64,000 nt of DNA. Origin: a bacterium (GTDB lineage Bacteria > Patescibacteriota > Saccharimonadia > Saccharimonadales > SZUA-47). Shown piece by piece: positions 1 through 8,297 of this stretch. The stretch lies in assembly GCA_030428125.1 (NCBI GenBank), contig JAUIBF010000002.1, positions 143,910 to 207,909 of the forward strand, given 5' to 3'. The position numbers and the translations under genes are program-made. The first letter of the stretch is position 1, and the number at the start of each line of letters is the position of its first letter. The notes under the pieces are model-generated. The model ran no database searches. It was not told where the DNA came from and saw nothing but the letters and a program-made list of their open reading frames with translations.

Positions 1-1
1 T

Positions 2-310
2 AATCGGGACCCGGAACCAGATGAAAAGGCTGCTTTCTGGCCTTATTTACTGAAACAAATAGCGATAATCAAACCAAAAATAATTGCGACTCTTGGTCGT
101 CATAGTGGGCAAGTTTTTTTACCTGACTTGCGCATCAGTGCCGATCACGGACAACCAAAACGAATACACGTGACCATGGACGGAAAAGAAGAATCAATTA
201 TCATTCTGCCTCTTTACCATCCAGCAGCTGCACTATATAACGGAGGTTTACGGCAAACATTACTAGAAGATTTTCAATCAGTGCCTAAACTTCTAGGAGT
301 ATCAAATTAA
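2..310 (+). CDS. Uracil-DNA glycosylase, family 4 (C-terminal part; 5' end outside window)
   Basis: Frame is open from the window start. ...IIATLGRHS...LPLYHPAAALYN resembles the C-terminal HPAA motif of family-4 UDGs. Confidence 0.6.
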   Translation, partial: NRDPEPDEKAAFWPYLLKQIAIIKPKIIATLGRHSGQVFLPDLRISADHGQPKRIHVTMDGKEESIIILPLYHPAAALYNGGLRQTLLEDFQSVPKLLGVSN

Positions 311-330
311 ATGAGTAAGTTAAAAATTAT

Positions 331-412
331 GAAAGGAAAAAGAGCAGACCGAGCGTCAAACTTGTTTTGCGCACGGCTCGATGAGAAAAAACCATCTGGT
401 TTTGTCTCATAG
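331..412 (+). promoter_or_regulatory. Copy A of a three-copy two-hairpin RNA element; 5' leader of rnj
   Basis: GGAAAAAGAGCAGAC..P1..CGATGAGAAAAAACC-ATCT-GGTTTTGTCTCA. Aligns with 12754-12828 and 53667-53739. P2 stem shows compensatory changes between copies. Confidence 0.5.
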
Positions 413-430
413 CTCAATAAGGAGAAATTA

Positions 431-2518
431 ATGGAAAAAAATAACAAAGGGAAAGGCAAGAACCAAAACTCTGGTTCAAAAAAGCCTAATTCCCAAAATA
501 AGAAAAAACAAGGTATTGAATCTAAGCCAAGACCTAAAACTACTGCACAAGCTCGCAGTGTTAGTCGAGGTGAAGCGATTCGTGCCCAAAAGCGAAGCGT
601 TGAAGACGCAACAAGATTGGTTAGTCAGTACCTAACTCCAACAGGGGATGACAATCCTAAGCGCGCTAACTTCATCGACAACAGCCCACGTCTAAAAATC
701 ATCGGTTTAGGTGGTATGGATGGTGGTGGCTCCAAGAACATGATGCTTTTGGAGTACATGAATGATGCTGTGATTGTGGACTGCGGGAACGACCTAGGTG
801 TTGATTTGCCGGGTATCAACTACGGTATTTGCGACACAACTTATCTAGAAAGCATAAAGCACAAGATTAAAGGTTACGTAATCACTCATGGTCACTTAGA
901 CCACATCGGTGGTTTGCCGCATATCGTGCCTAAATTCCCGGCACCAATTTATGGTAGCCGATTCACGATCGGGCGTGTTGAGGAGATCTTCCAGAACTTT
1001 GGGCTGCCAATGCCGCAAGGTTTCAAACTTGATACGGTGATAATGAACGAACACACTCACGAGCGACTTAAGCTCGGTGAATTTTTCGTCGAACTCGTTG
1101 CAGTTACGCACTCTATTCCTGGTTCGACAGTAGTTATTGTCGATACACCAGTTGGTAGAGTTGTGAACACGGGTGACTTCAGGCTAGACCCAAACCCTCT
1201 AGACCATGAAAAGACTGACACAGACAGATTGAAAGAGCTTGGAAAAGAAGGTGTTTTAGCGCTTCTTTCTGAGAGTACAACTACCGAGCGACCAGGTCGT
1301 ACTCCAAGCGAGAGCACAATCGAACAAAGTTTCATCGATATCATGGAACGTGCTCCAGGACGTATGTTCGTTGCGCTGTTCTCGACAAACGTTAACCGTG
1401 TACAGATGATAGTTAATGCAGCAGTTAAGCATAACCGTAAGATTGCTCTTGATGGGCGAAGCATGATGAGTACTCTCGAAATGGCAGTGCGAAACGGTTT
1501 TATGAAGATTCCTAAAGGAACCTTCATTCCTATTAATGCAGTGCCTAACATCAAAGACCAAGATGTCGTTGTTATGTGTACTGGTTCACAGGGTGAGCCG
1601 AATTCTGCATTGCAGAGAATGGCAGCAGGTCAGCACAAGCACATCAAACTTAAGGCTCAGGACACAGTTGTGCTATCAAGTACACCAATTCCTGAGTCAG
1701 GTAATGATTCACTTATCGGTTCTATGGTTGATAACTTGATGCGTATGGGTGTGCATGTTTATCGTCACGAAACCCGTGAACTAGACAACTGTGGTCCACT
1801 GCACGTATCTGGTCATGCCAGCGTTGATGAGTACAAAGACATGATTAACTACTTGCAGCCAAAGTTCTTTGTGCCAATTTACGGAAGTTATCGCTCAAAG
1901 CAGCGACATATTGAAATTGCCGTTGAAGAAGGGATTGCACGCAGAGATACATTGAACGCTGAAAACGGTCATGTGATTGCATTTACAAAAGACAAGATGG
2001 AAGTTATCGGTGAGGTGCCTGTTGGTACAGTTTTGGTAGACCAAACTGGCGCCATCGTGAACAACGTAGTTGTCAAAGATCGATTGATGCTTGCAGAAGA
2101 AGGTCTGGTTACAGTAATCCTGACAATCGATAAGAAGTCAGGTCAACTGATGACTAGCCCAGATATTATTTCTCGAGGATTCATTTACATGCGTGACTCT
2201 GAAGAACTTATGAATCTGTTTAGGACAGAGCTTAGACGTGCAGTAATGCAGCGCTACAAACGAGTGGACCTTGATAGGTTTAAAGCGGAACTTAAAGATT
2301 ACGTAACTCATTTCTTGTACGAGCAAACTCAGAGAAGCCCAATTGTGATTCCGGTTGTGAACATCATTAACGGTAAACCCTCTACAACTAAGCAGGGCGG
2401 TAAAGATGGTAAGAAGCAAGAGCCTGAGAAAACAGCTGATCAGATTGCTAAAGAACAGCAAGATAGATTTGCTGCGTTGCGTCAGCAGCTTCTAGGCCAA
2501 GACGCTCGCGTTGACTAA
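431..2518 (+). CDS. rnj: Ribonuclease J
   Basis: 695-aa ORF with metallo-beta-lactamase motif THGHLDHIGG, a beta-CASP-like middle and an RNase J C-terminal domain. AAGGAG lies upstream. N- and C-terminal extensions are Lys-rich. Confidence 0.9.
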   Translation: MEKNNKGKGKNQNSGSKKPNSQNKKKQGIESKPRPKTTAQARSVSRGEAIRAQKRSVEDATRLVSQYLTPTGDDNPKRANFIDNSPRLKIIGLGGMDGGGSKNMMLLEYMNDAVIVDCGNDLGVDLPGINYGICDTTYLESIKHKIKGYVITHGHLDHIGGLPHIVPKFPAPIYGSRFTIGRVEEIFQNFGLPMPQGFKLDTVIMNEHTHERLKLGEFFVELVAVTHSIPGSTVVIVDTPVGRVVNTGDFRLDPNPLDHEKTDTDRLKELGKEGVLALLSESTTTERPGRTPSESTIEQSFIDIMERAPGRMFVALFSTNVNRVQMIVNAAVKHNRKIALDGRSMMSTLEMAVRNGFMKIPKGTFIPINAVPNIKDQDVVVMCTGSQGEPNSALQRMAAGQHKHIKLKAQDTVVLSSTPIPESGNDSLIGSMVDNLMRMGVHVYRHETRELDNCGPLHVSGHASVDEYKDMINYLQPKFFVPIYGSYRSKQRHIEIAVEEGIARRDTLNAENGHVIAFTKDKMEVIGEVPVGTVLVDQTGAIVNNVVVKDRLMLAEEGLVTVILTIDKKSGQLMTSPDIISRGFIYMRDSEELMNLFRTELRRAVMQRYKRVDLDRFKAELKDYVTHFLYEQTQRSPIVIPVVNIINGKPSTTKQGGKDGKKQEPEKTADQIAKEQQDRFAALRQQLLGQDARVD

Positions 2519-2587
2519 CTTCTTTAAATTGCTCAAGCTTGCAGATTAGAATCAGAAGCAATATAGTACCCCAAATAACCGGAGAGT

Positions 2588-3547
2588 ATGATGAGTGATG
2601 TATTAGGTGCGAGAGAACAGTTCGAACAGAGGGTAGGTGTTTATGACGCGGCGCGATTCGGTAGAGTAATAACAGCAATGGTCTCACCATTCGATGATAG
2701 AGGTTCATTAAACCAAGACGTCGCAGCCGAACTCGCTACATACTTAGTAGACCATGGAAGTGAAGGTCTTGTTCTGGCTGGCACTACTGGAGAAAGCCCA
2801 ACACTTACTAGATGGGAAGAGATAGCGTTATTTACTAAGGTGCGAGACACCGTTGAGGTGCCAATTCTAGCAGGCACTGGGTCAAACAATACCACTGAAG
2901 CCGTTGAAATAACAGAAGAGGTTACCAGACGAGAATTAGCGGACGGCTTACTTGTGGTCAGTCCTTACTACAATAAGCCTCCTCAAGATGGAATCTACAA
3001 TTACTTCGCAGCAGTCGCTGAATCCACCGACTTGCCCATCATTATGTACAACATACCAGGCAGAACTGGAGGAGATGGAATTGCAAACGAGACAATGTTG
3101 AGGTTAGCCGAAATTGATAATATTGTTGGGCTCAAAGATGCTTCAGGAAAACCAGATAACACTGCCGAACTTGCACAAGAACTTCCAGAAGGATTTCTGA
3201 TTTACAGTGGTGATGATAGTTTAAACCTTCGTCTAGCTCGGCAAGCAGGAGCAGTTGGTGCTATTTCCGTAGCAAGTCATTGGGCTGGGGAAGAGATGCA
3301 AAGCATGTATGATTCGCTAGACGAAGGCAACGATCTTCTAGCAGAAAATATAAATAGAAGGTTAATAGACTCCTATGATTTCGAATCATTTCCGGCAGCG
3401 CCTAATCCTATACCTACAAAAACCATGATGAGAGTACTTGGGTTGCAGGTAGGCTTTGGCAGATCCCCTATGGTATTAGATAGCTACGATGAAGTAGATG
3501 CTCGTGCACGTGCTGTTTGGGCAGATCTAAAAGGTTTACCTCAATAG
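2588..3547 (+). CDS. dapA: 4-hydroxy-tetrahydrodipicolinate synthase (DapA-family class I aldolase)
   Basis: AGTTGESPTL, YYNKP and Schiff-base Lys context GLKDASG are typical of DapA/NAL aldolases. Confidence 0.8.
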   Translation: MMSDVLGAREQFEQRVGVYDAARFGRVITAMVSPFDDRGSLNQDVAAELATYLVDHGSEGLVLAGTTGESPTLTRWEEIALFTKVRDTVEVPILAGTGSNNTTEAVEITEEVTRRELADGLLVVSPYYNKPPQDGIYNYFAAVAESTDLPIIMYNIPGRTGGDGIANETMLRLAEIDNIVGLKDASGKPDNTAELAQELPEGFLIYSGDDSLNLRLARQAGAVGAISVASHWAGEEMQSMYDSLDEGNDLLAENINRRLIDSYDFESFPAAPNPIPTKTMMRVLGLQVGFGRSPMVLDSYDEVDARARAVWADLKGLPQ

Positions 3548-3568
3548 TTTAGATAAACATAATCACTA

Positions 3569-3598
3569 TTGACAAAATGCGAACAAATGTGTTAAAAT
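3569..3598 (+). promoter_or_regulatory. Sigma70-like promoter upstream of ftsK
   Basis: TTGACA (3569-3574), 18-nt spacer, TGtTAAAAT extended -10 (hexamer 3593-3598). Confidence 0.45.
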
Positions 3599-3650
3599 AA
3601 CAACACTGTTCACTAGTTCGTCGGACTAGAGTAAAATAAAGGTAGTCCTT

Positions 3651-5840
3651 ATGCCTAAAAAGAAAAAAAGAAGCACCAAACGAAAGTCATCCAAGAAAGC
3701 CCCGGTTAAGAATATACCGAAGGAGCCCAATCTATTCCTGCGGCAAGCAGGGGCAGTGTCATTGATTGTTTTGGCGATATTTCTGTTCTTAGGTGGGTTT
3801 GGCACCGGTGGTAGCTTCCCGGTTGGAATGTTCGAGGTTGTATACAGTGTTTTTGGTTGGGCTGCATATCTAACTCCTGTAGCGCTTGGTTATTGGGGTG
3901 TTCACAAGATTAGAGCCGAAGAGCACAGCCTACCCTTTAATAGAATCTTAAGCATGGCTAGTTTGCTGGTGGTTACATCATCATGGTTAGACGTAGTATT
4001 TGCCAGTAAGAATAATGCTGGAGAGTGGGAAGGTGGACATGGTGGTGGCTTAGGCGAAGTCATCGGTGGTGCGACTCTTTCTGCGTTAGATAAAATCCCA
4101 GCTGGAATACTCTTTTTTGTTCTGTTAGTTGTAGTTGCTTGCTGGACATTCGGAATACCGTTCAAGATATTTTTAAAACCATTTGAGAAGCGTGAGAAAG
4201 CTAACCCCGATACAGACATTAGTGAGCTAAAAGCTAAAAGTGAGCCTAGCGAGTTCCAGCTAAACGAAGGTGTCCCTGTAGAACGCAACGCTTCACGAAG
4301 TACACTTAAAAATACCGTTGCCGCCAAACTATCAGCCGATGAAAATCACGAAGCACTAACAGAGGCACGTGACCCTAACTGGTTATTCCCAACCACAGAC
4401 TTACTGATTAAGAAACAAGATAAAGCTGATGCCGGTGACGTGAATACAAACGCCGACATCATTAAAGACACGTTTTCCAATTTCAACATCAATGTGGAGA
4501 TGGAAGGTGCCAACATTGGGCCCAGAGTTACTCAGTTTACACTTAAGCCACCAGCTGGAACCAAATTGAGTAAAATTGCGGCACTCGACAAGGAATTATC
4601 ACTTAACTTGGCCGCACAAAGCATCCGTGTAGAAGCACCAATTCCTGGAAAAAGAGCTGTAGGAATAGAGGTGCCAAACGTTAAATCAGCTACGGTGAGA
4701 ACATCAGGTATTTTGGATGACAAGTCGTGGAAAAACAGTAGCGAGCCCTTAAGCTTTGCAATCGGTAGAGATATCGCAGGCAACCCTATCGTTGGTGCCT
4801 TAAATAAGATGCCCCACTTGCTTATTGCTGGTCAGACTGGTTCTGGTAAGTCAGTGATGATTAACACCTTGCTAACCAGCTTGTTGTATAAGAATAGTCC
4901 TGCTGATATGAAGCTAATCCTAGTTGACCCGAAGCAAGTAGAACTTACACCGTATAACGATATACCTCACCTACTAACACCAGTTATAACTGAGCCGGAA
5001 AAGTGCATCAGTGCACTTAAGTGGGCAGTATCAGAAATGGAAAGACGCTTGCGCACATTTGCTGAGCATAACAAGCGGGATATCGCTGGCTATAACAACC
5101 TTAAAGATCAAGACGCTATGCCGTACATCGTAATCGTTATCGATGAGCTAGCTGACTTGATGATGATGGCTGCTCGTGACGTTGAAGCACTAATTGTGCG
5201 TGTTGCACAGAAAGCTCGTGCTGCGGGTATTCACCTAGTTCTTGCTACACAGCGACCAAGTGTGGACGTAATCACAGGTCTGATTAAAGCGAACGTGCCT
5301 GCTAGAATTGCCTTTACGGTAGCTAGCCAGGTAGACAGCCGAACAATCATAGACGGCATTGGCGCCGAGAAGTTACTTGGTCAAGGTGACATGTTGTTTA
5401 AGACTGCCGACATGCCAAAAGTTTTGCGTATCCAGGGTGCATTTATCACAGATGGTGAGACCGTTAAAGTTAACGATTTCTTGCGTGATCAACGACCTCC
5501 ACAGTACGATGATGAAGTAGTCAGCCAGCCAGTGCAACTTAACGGTAAGGGTGGTGTGGTTGTAGAAAGTGATGCATCGGATTCGGATGACGATATGTGG
5601 GAAGATGCAGTGCGAGTAGTTGTCGATAACCGCAAGGCTAGCACTAGTTTACTGCAACGGAAGCTTAGAATTGGCTACGGACGCGCTTCCAGAATCATGG
5701 ATATGATGGAAGACCAGGGGATAATTAGTCCAGCTGATGGCTCCAAGCCTCGTGATGTTTTGGTTACATCTATGGCTGACGTATTCGGCACTCCTAGCGC
5801 AGTAGCTGACGACGAAGAAGCGGCACTAGACGAAGTCTAA
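3651..5840 (+). CDS. ftsK: DNA translocase FtsK/SpoIIIE
   Basis: N-terminal TM segments, Walker A GQTGSGKS, Walker B VIDELADLMM, C-terminal gamma wHTH (LLQRKLRIGYGRASRIMD). Confidence 0.9.
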   Translation: MPKKKKRSTKRKSSKKAPVKNIPKEPNLFLRQAGAVSLIVLAIFLFLGGFGTGGSFPVGMFEVVYSVFGWAAYLTPVALGYWGVHKIRAEEHSLPFNRILSMASLLVVTSSWLDVVFASKNNAGEWEGGHGGGLGEVIGGATLSALDKIPAGILFFVLLVVVACWTFGIPFKIFLKPFEKREKANPDTDISELKAKSEPSEFQLNEGVPVERNASRSTLKNTVAAKLSADENHEALTEARDPNWLFPTTDLLIKKQDKADAGDVNTNADIIKDTFSNFNINVEMEGANIGPRVTQFTLKPPAGTKLSKIAALDKELSLNLAAQSIRVEAPIPGKRAVGIEVPNVKSATVRTSGILDDKSWKNSSEPLSFAIGRDIAGNPIVGALNKMPHLLIAGQTGSGKSVMINTLLTSLLYKNSPADMKLILVDPKQVELTPYNDIPHLLTPVITEPEKCISALKWAVSEMERRLRTFAEHNKRDIAGYNNLKDQDAMPYIVIVIDELADLMMMAARDVEALIVRVAQKARAAGIHLVLATQRPSVDVITGLIKANVPARIAFTVASQVDSRTIIDGIGAEKLLGQGDMLFKTADMPKVLRIQGAFITDGETVKVNDFLRDQRPPQYDDEVVSQPVQLNGKGGVVVESDASDSDDDMWEDAVRVVVDNRKASTSLLQRKLRIGYGRASRIMDMMEDQGIISPADGSKPRDVLVTSMADVFGTPSAVADDEEAALDEV

Positions 5841-5877
5841 GAAATTTAGTATAATTACATCTGTTACAAACTAATTC

Positions 5878-5906
5878 AGCTTACAGCAACTTTAGGCGTG
5901 TAAGCT
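5878..5906 (+). promoter_or_regulatory. 8-bp hairpin in the rpsF 5' leader (TATAAT at 5850-5855 upstream)
   Basis: AGCTTACA...TGTAAGCT stem between a TATAAT box and the AAGGAAGGAG SD. This is the position where S6:S18-binding leaders occur. Confidence 0.3.
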
Positions 5907-5933
5907 AAACCCAAAGGAAGGAGTTCAATTCAT

Positions 5934-6323
5934 ATGGACAGTTACGAACTAGCTGTGCTTTTTCACCCAGATTTAGAAATCGATTTAGAAAAAGCTGAAG
6001 CACAAGTAGCAAAACTAGTTAAAGACGTTGACGGTAAAATTACTGCAACTGATAACTGGGGTAAGCGCAAGCTTGCTTATAAGATTGCTGGTCATGAACA
6101 TGCTGTATACGTTTTCTATACAGTTGAGATGCCAGGTGCTGGTGTTAAGACGCTTAATGACGCGCTAAACATCACTGATGAAGTAATCAGATTCTTGATT
6201 ACAAAGCCAGATCTTAAAGCTATCGCAAAAGCAGAAGCCATGAAAGTGAATCGCGACAAGCGACTTGCTAACGCTGATGATGCTGATGACGATGATGAAG
6301 AAGATTCAGACGACGAAGATTAG
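5934..6323 (+). CDS. rpsF: 30S ribosomal protein S6
   Basis: YELAVLFHPDLE... S6 signature with an acidic C-terminal tail. First gene of rpsF-ssb-rpsR. Confidence 0.9.
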   Translation: MDSYELAVLFHPDLEIDLEKAEAQVAKLVKDVDGKITATDNWGKRKLAYKIAGHEHAVYVFYTVEMPGAGVKTLNDALNITDEVIRFLITKPDLKAIAKAEAMKVNRDKRLANADDADDDDEEDSDDED

Positions 6324-6446
6324 TGTAGAATGAAAATGTGGGAACGACACGAGAACTTTAAATAACGAGGAAAGGAGGGTCTCAAGGGTACTTTTCTTAA
6401 AAGAAAAACCGTAGGTTTGTCTTTTGAAGCCCTTGGGCGTCGACAT

Positions 6447-6920
6447 ATGGCAAAAGGTTTTAACAAAGTAGTTTTGATGGGAAATTTAACACGCGATCCG
6501 GAGTTGCGAAGCACTCCAAGTGGACAAAGCGTGGCAGGGTTTTCGCTAGCAGTAAACAGAAGCTGGAAGAATGCTAGTGGAGAAACTCAAGAAGCTGTAG
6601 ATTATATCGACTGCAATGCCTGGGGCAAAGCAGGAGAAATCATTTCGCAGTACATGACCAAAGGAAGTGCAATTCTAGTCTCAGGACGATTGCAACAACG
6701 TTCTTGGGAACAAGATGGTCAAAAGCGAAGCAAAGTAGAAGTAGTCGTAGAAGACTTTAACTTTGTCGGTGGAGGCAGTGGTGATGGAGGCGGAAACCGT
6801 TCTTCAGGACCAAGTCAAAGCAACTCAAGTAGCTCATCAAGCTCAAATGCTAAGAAAGATAAGTCAGAGGTTGAGGACGTTGATAACGAGCCTATTAACC
6901 TCGACGACATACCATTTTAG
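6447..6920 (+). CDS. ssb: Single-stranded DNA-binding protein
   Basis: MAKGFNKVVLMGNLTRDPELR OB-fold N-terminus, Gly/Ser-rich linker and acidic DDIPF tip. The ATG at 6447 is preferred over the ORF-track start at 6417. Confidence 0.9.
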   Translation: MAKGFNKVVLMGNLTRDPELRSTPSGQSVAGFSLAVNRSWKNASGETQEAVDYIDCNAWGKAGEIISQYMTKGSAILVSGRLQQRSWEQDGQKRSKVEVVVEDFNFVGGGSGDGGGNRSSGPSQSNSSSSSSSNAKKDKSEVEDVDNEPINLDDIPF

Positions 6921-7132
6921 ATAAATGGATATAGAAAGCCAACATCAACCAGGTCAAACAGTGGAAGGCATTACTAGCCCGGACGCAGTGTGGATGCCGA
7001 GCTTAATTGGCAAAGGCCCGGAGGTTGTGAGGGAATTAATAATCTTAAATGAAGACGTCTACCGTTTAAGCAACGGGTTAGGATTTCCTTTAAGTTGGTT
7101 GGACCTAGATTAATATTAGAAAGGATATAATT

Positions 7133-7336
7133 GTGGCGAAGATATTTAAGCACAAACATGATATTCCTTATTTTGACTATAAGGATTTCAAAACTTTGCA
7201 GCGATACGTTAACCAGTACGGTCAGATTGAGACTCGTAAGAAAACTGGTCTAACTGAAAGCAAGCAACGTCAGCTAGCAAAAGCTATCAAGCGAGCTAGA
7301 CACCTTGCATTGCTTCCATTTGTAAGCAGTAATTAG
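7133..7336 (+). CDS. rpsR: 30S ribosomal protein S18 (GTG start)
   Basis: [50 protein letters not shown] is the S18 signature. Confidence 0.9.
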   Translation: MAKIFKHKHDIPYFDYKDFKTLQRYVNQYGQIETRKKTGLTESKQRQLAKAIKRARHLALLPFVSSN

Positions 7337-7341
7337 TTCAG

Positions 7342-7611
7342 ATGACCCAGAAAAGATTAATATCAGGATATGTATCAGGAATAGTCAAGGACTGTGATAC
7401 TGTATATGTTTCTGCGAACTTTGATGCACTCAGAATTAAACCAGTATCAATAGATGCGAGAACCGTACTAGATGCTGGTTACTCTGTTGATCACGGGTCT
7501 GCCATCATTGCTATTGCTAATGTTGGTGCTGGCCAAGAGCATGATATTAATCTTAGATTAGTTCCACAGATTAGAGGGAACACGGCAGTAACCAACGTAG
7601 GAGTCGAATAG
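7342..7611 (+). CDS. Hypothetical protein (89 aa)
   Basis: ORF starts 5 nt after rpsR. Its stop TAG abuts the next ATG. No recognisable motif. Confidence 0.5.
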   Translation: MTQKRLISGYVSGIVKDCDTVYVSANFDALRIKPVSIDARTVLDAGYSVDHGSAIIAIANVGAGQEHDINLRLVPQIRGNTAVTNVGVE

Positions 7612-7887
7612 ATGGACCATAAAAGATATCACAATGAAGTGATAAATATGCAGAGGAGAATGCGTGACTGGTTGGATAATCCATCGCATTCACAGGCAAG
7701 AGAATTAGATTCTCTGTTTCAGCGTCTAGAAGATGATGTCCAGGTTGGTAAGAGCTCCCACACAATCATTGATCATCTCAAACGGATTGAATCAATTTGT
7801 AAATCAATGGACAGTGAAGCAATGAGTCATGGGCACTCATCACAACTCGAACAATGGGCTCGTAGCTCGATACAGAGGATTAGATAA
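7612..7887 (+). CDS. Hypothetical protein (91 aa; composition suggests helical)
   Basis: ORF is tightly coupled on both sides (TAGATG upstream, TAATG overlap downstream). No recognisable motif. Confidence 0.5.
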   Translation: MDHKRYHNEVINMQRRMRDWLDNPSHSQARELDSLFQRLEDDVQVGKSSHTIIDHLKRIESICKSMDSEAMSHGHSSQLEQWARSSIQRIR

Positions 7888-8297
7888 TGGGGTATTTTAT
7901 TGCATATCGACACACAGGTGTTGATCCTAAGTACTTGAGCGAGTTACTTCCTACAGTTAGGGATTCATTTAATGAAAATGGGGAAAATGTTTATTGTACT
8001 TTCTTCGACGAAGAAGAATTCCAGAATAAAAACTTCGGGCCCGAGAGAATTATGCAACATGCGTTCCTGAAAATTGAAGAAATGGGAGGATTGTTTGTTG
8101 TGATTGATGGTCCAGAAAAAAGCGAAGGTCAACTAATCGAGGTTGGCTATTGTATCGCCAAGAACATACCCATCATCGTGGCCAAAAGAAGGTCAGTCAG
8201 TAATACTTATGTAGATAGAATGACCAACAAAGTTCTAGAATATGAAAATATTGACGAACTTAGTCAAAAAATTAAAGAATTTTGCAAGGAATCATAG
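7887..8297 (+). CDS. Nucleoside 2-deoxyribosyltransferase-like protein
   Basis: KSEGQLIEVGYCIAKNIPIIV matches the D/S-x-G-x3-E-x-G-y-A core of the NDT / Rcl family. Length is 136 aa. Confidence 0.55.
   Translation: MGYFIAYRHTGVDPKYLSELLPTVRDSFNENGENVYCTFFDEEEFQNKNFGPERIMQHAFLKIEEMGGLFVVIDGPEKSEGQLIEVGYCIAKNIPIIVAKRRSVSNTYVDRMTNKVLEYENIDELSQKIKEFCKES

Noticed and set aside
376-392. CTCGATGAGAAAA in the repeated element resembling the hammerhead ribozyme core CUGAUGAG...GAAA.
   Set aside because: The U of CUGA is missing, and copy B reads CGTTGAG. An invariant catalytic core would not tolerate this, and no three-way junction can be drawn.
6925-7113. 62-aa ORF in the ssb-rpsR spacer as a real gene.
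   Set aside because: It has no SD, starts 4 nt after the ssb stop, and is mirrored by an equally long ORF on the opposite strand. I report the spacer as unexplained instead of calling a CDS.
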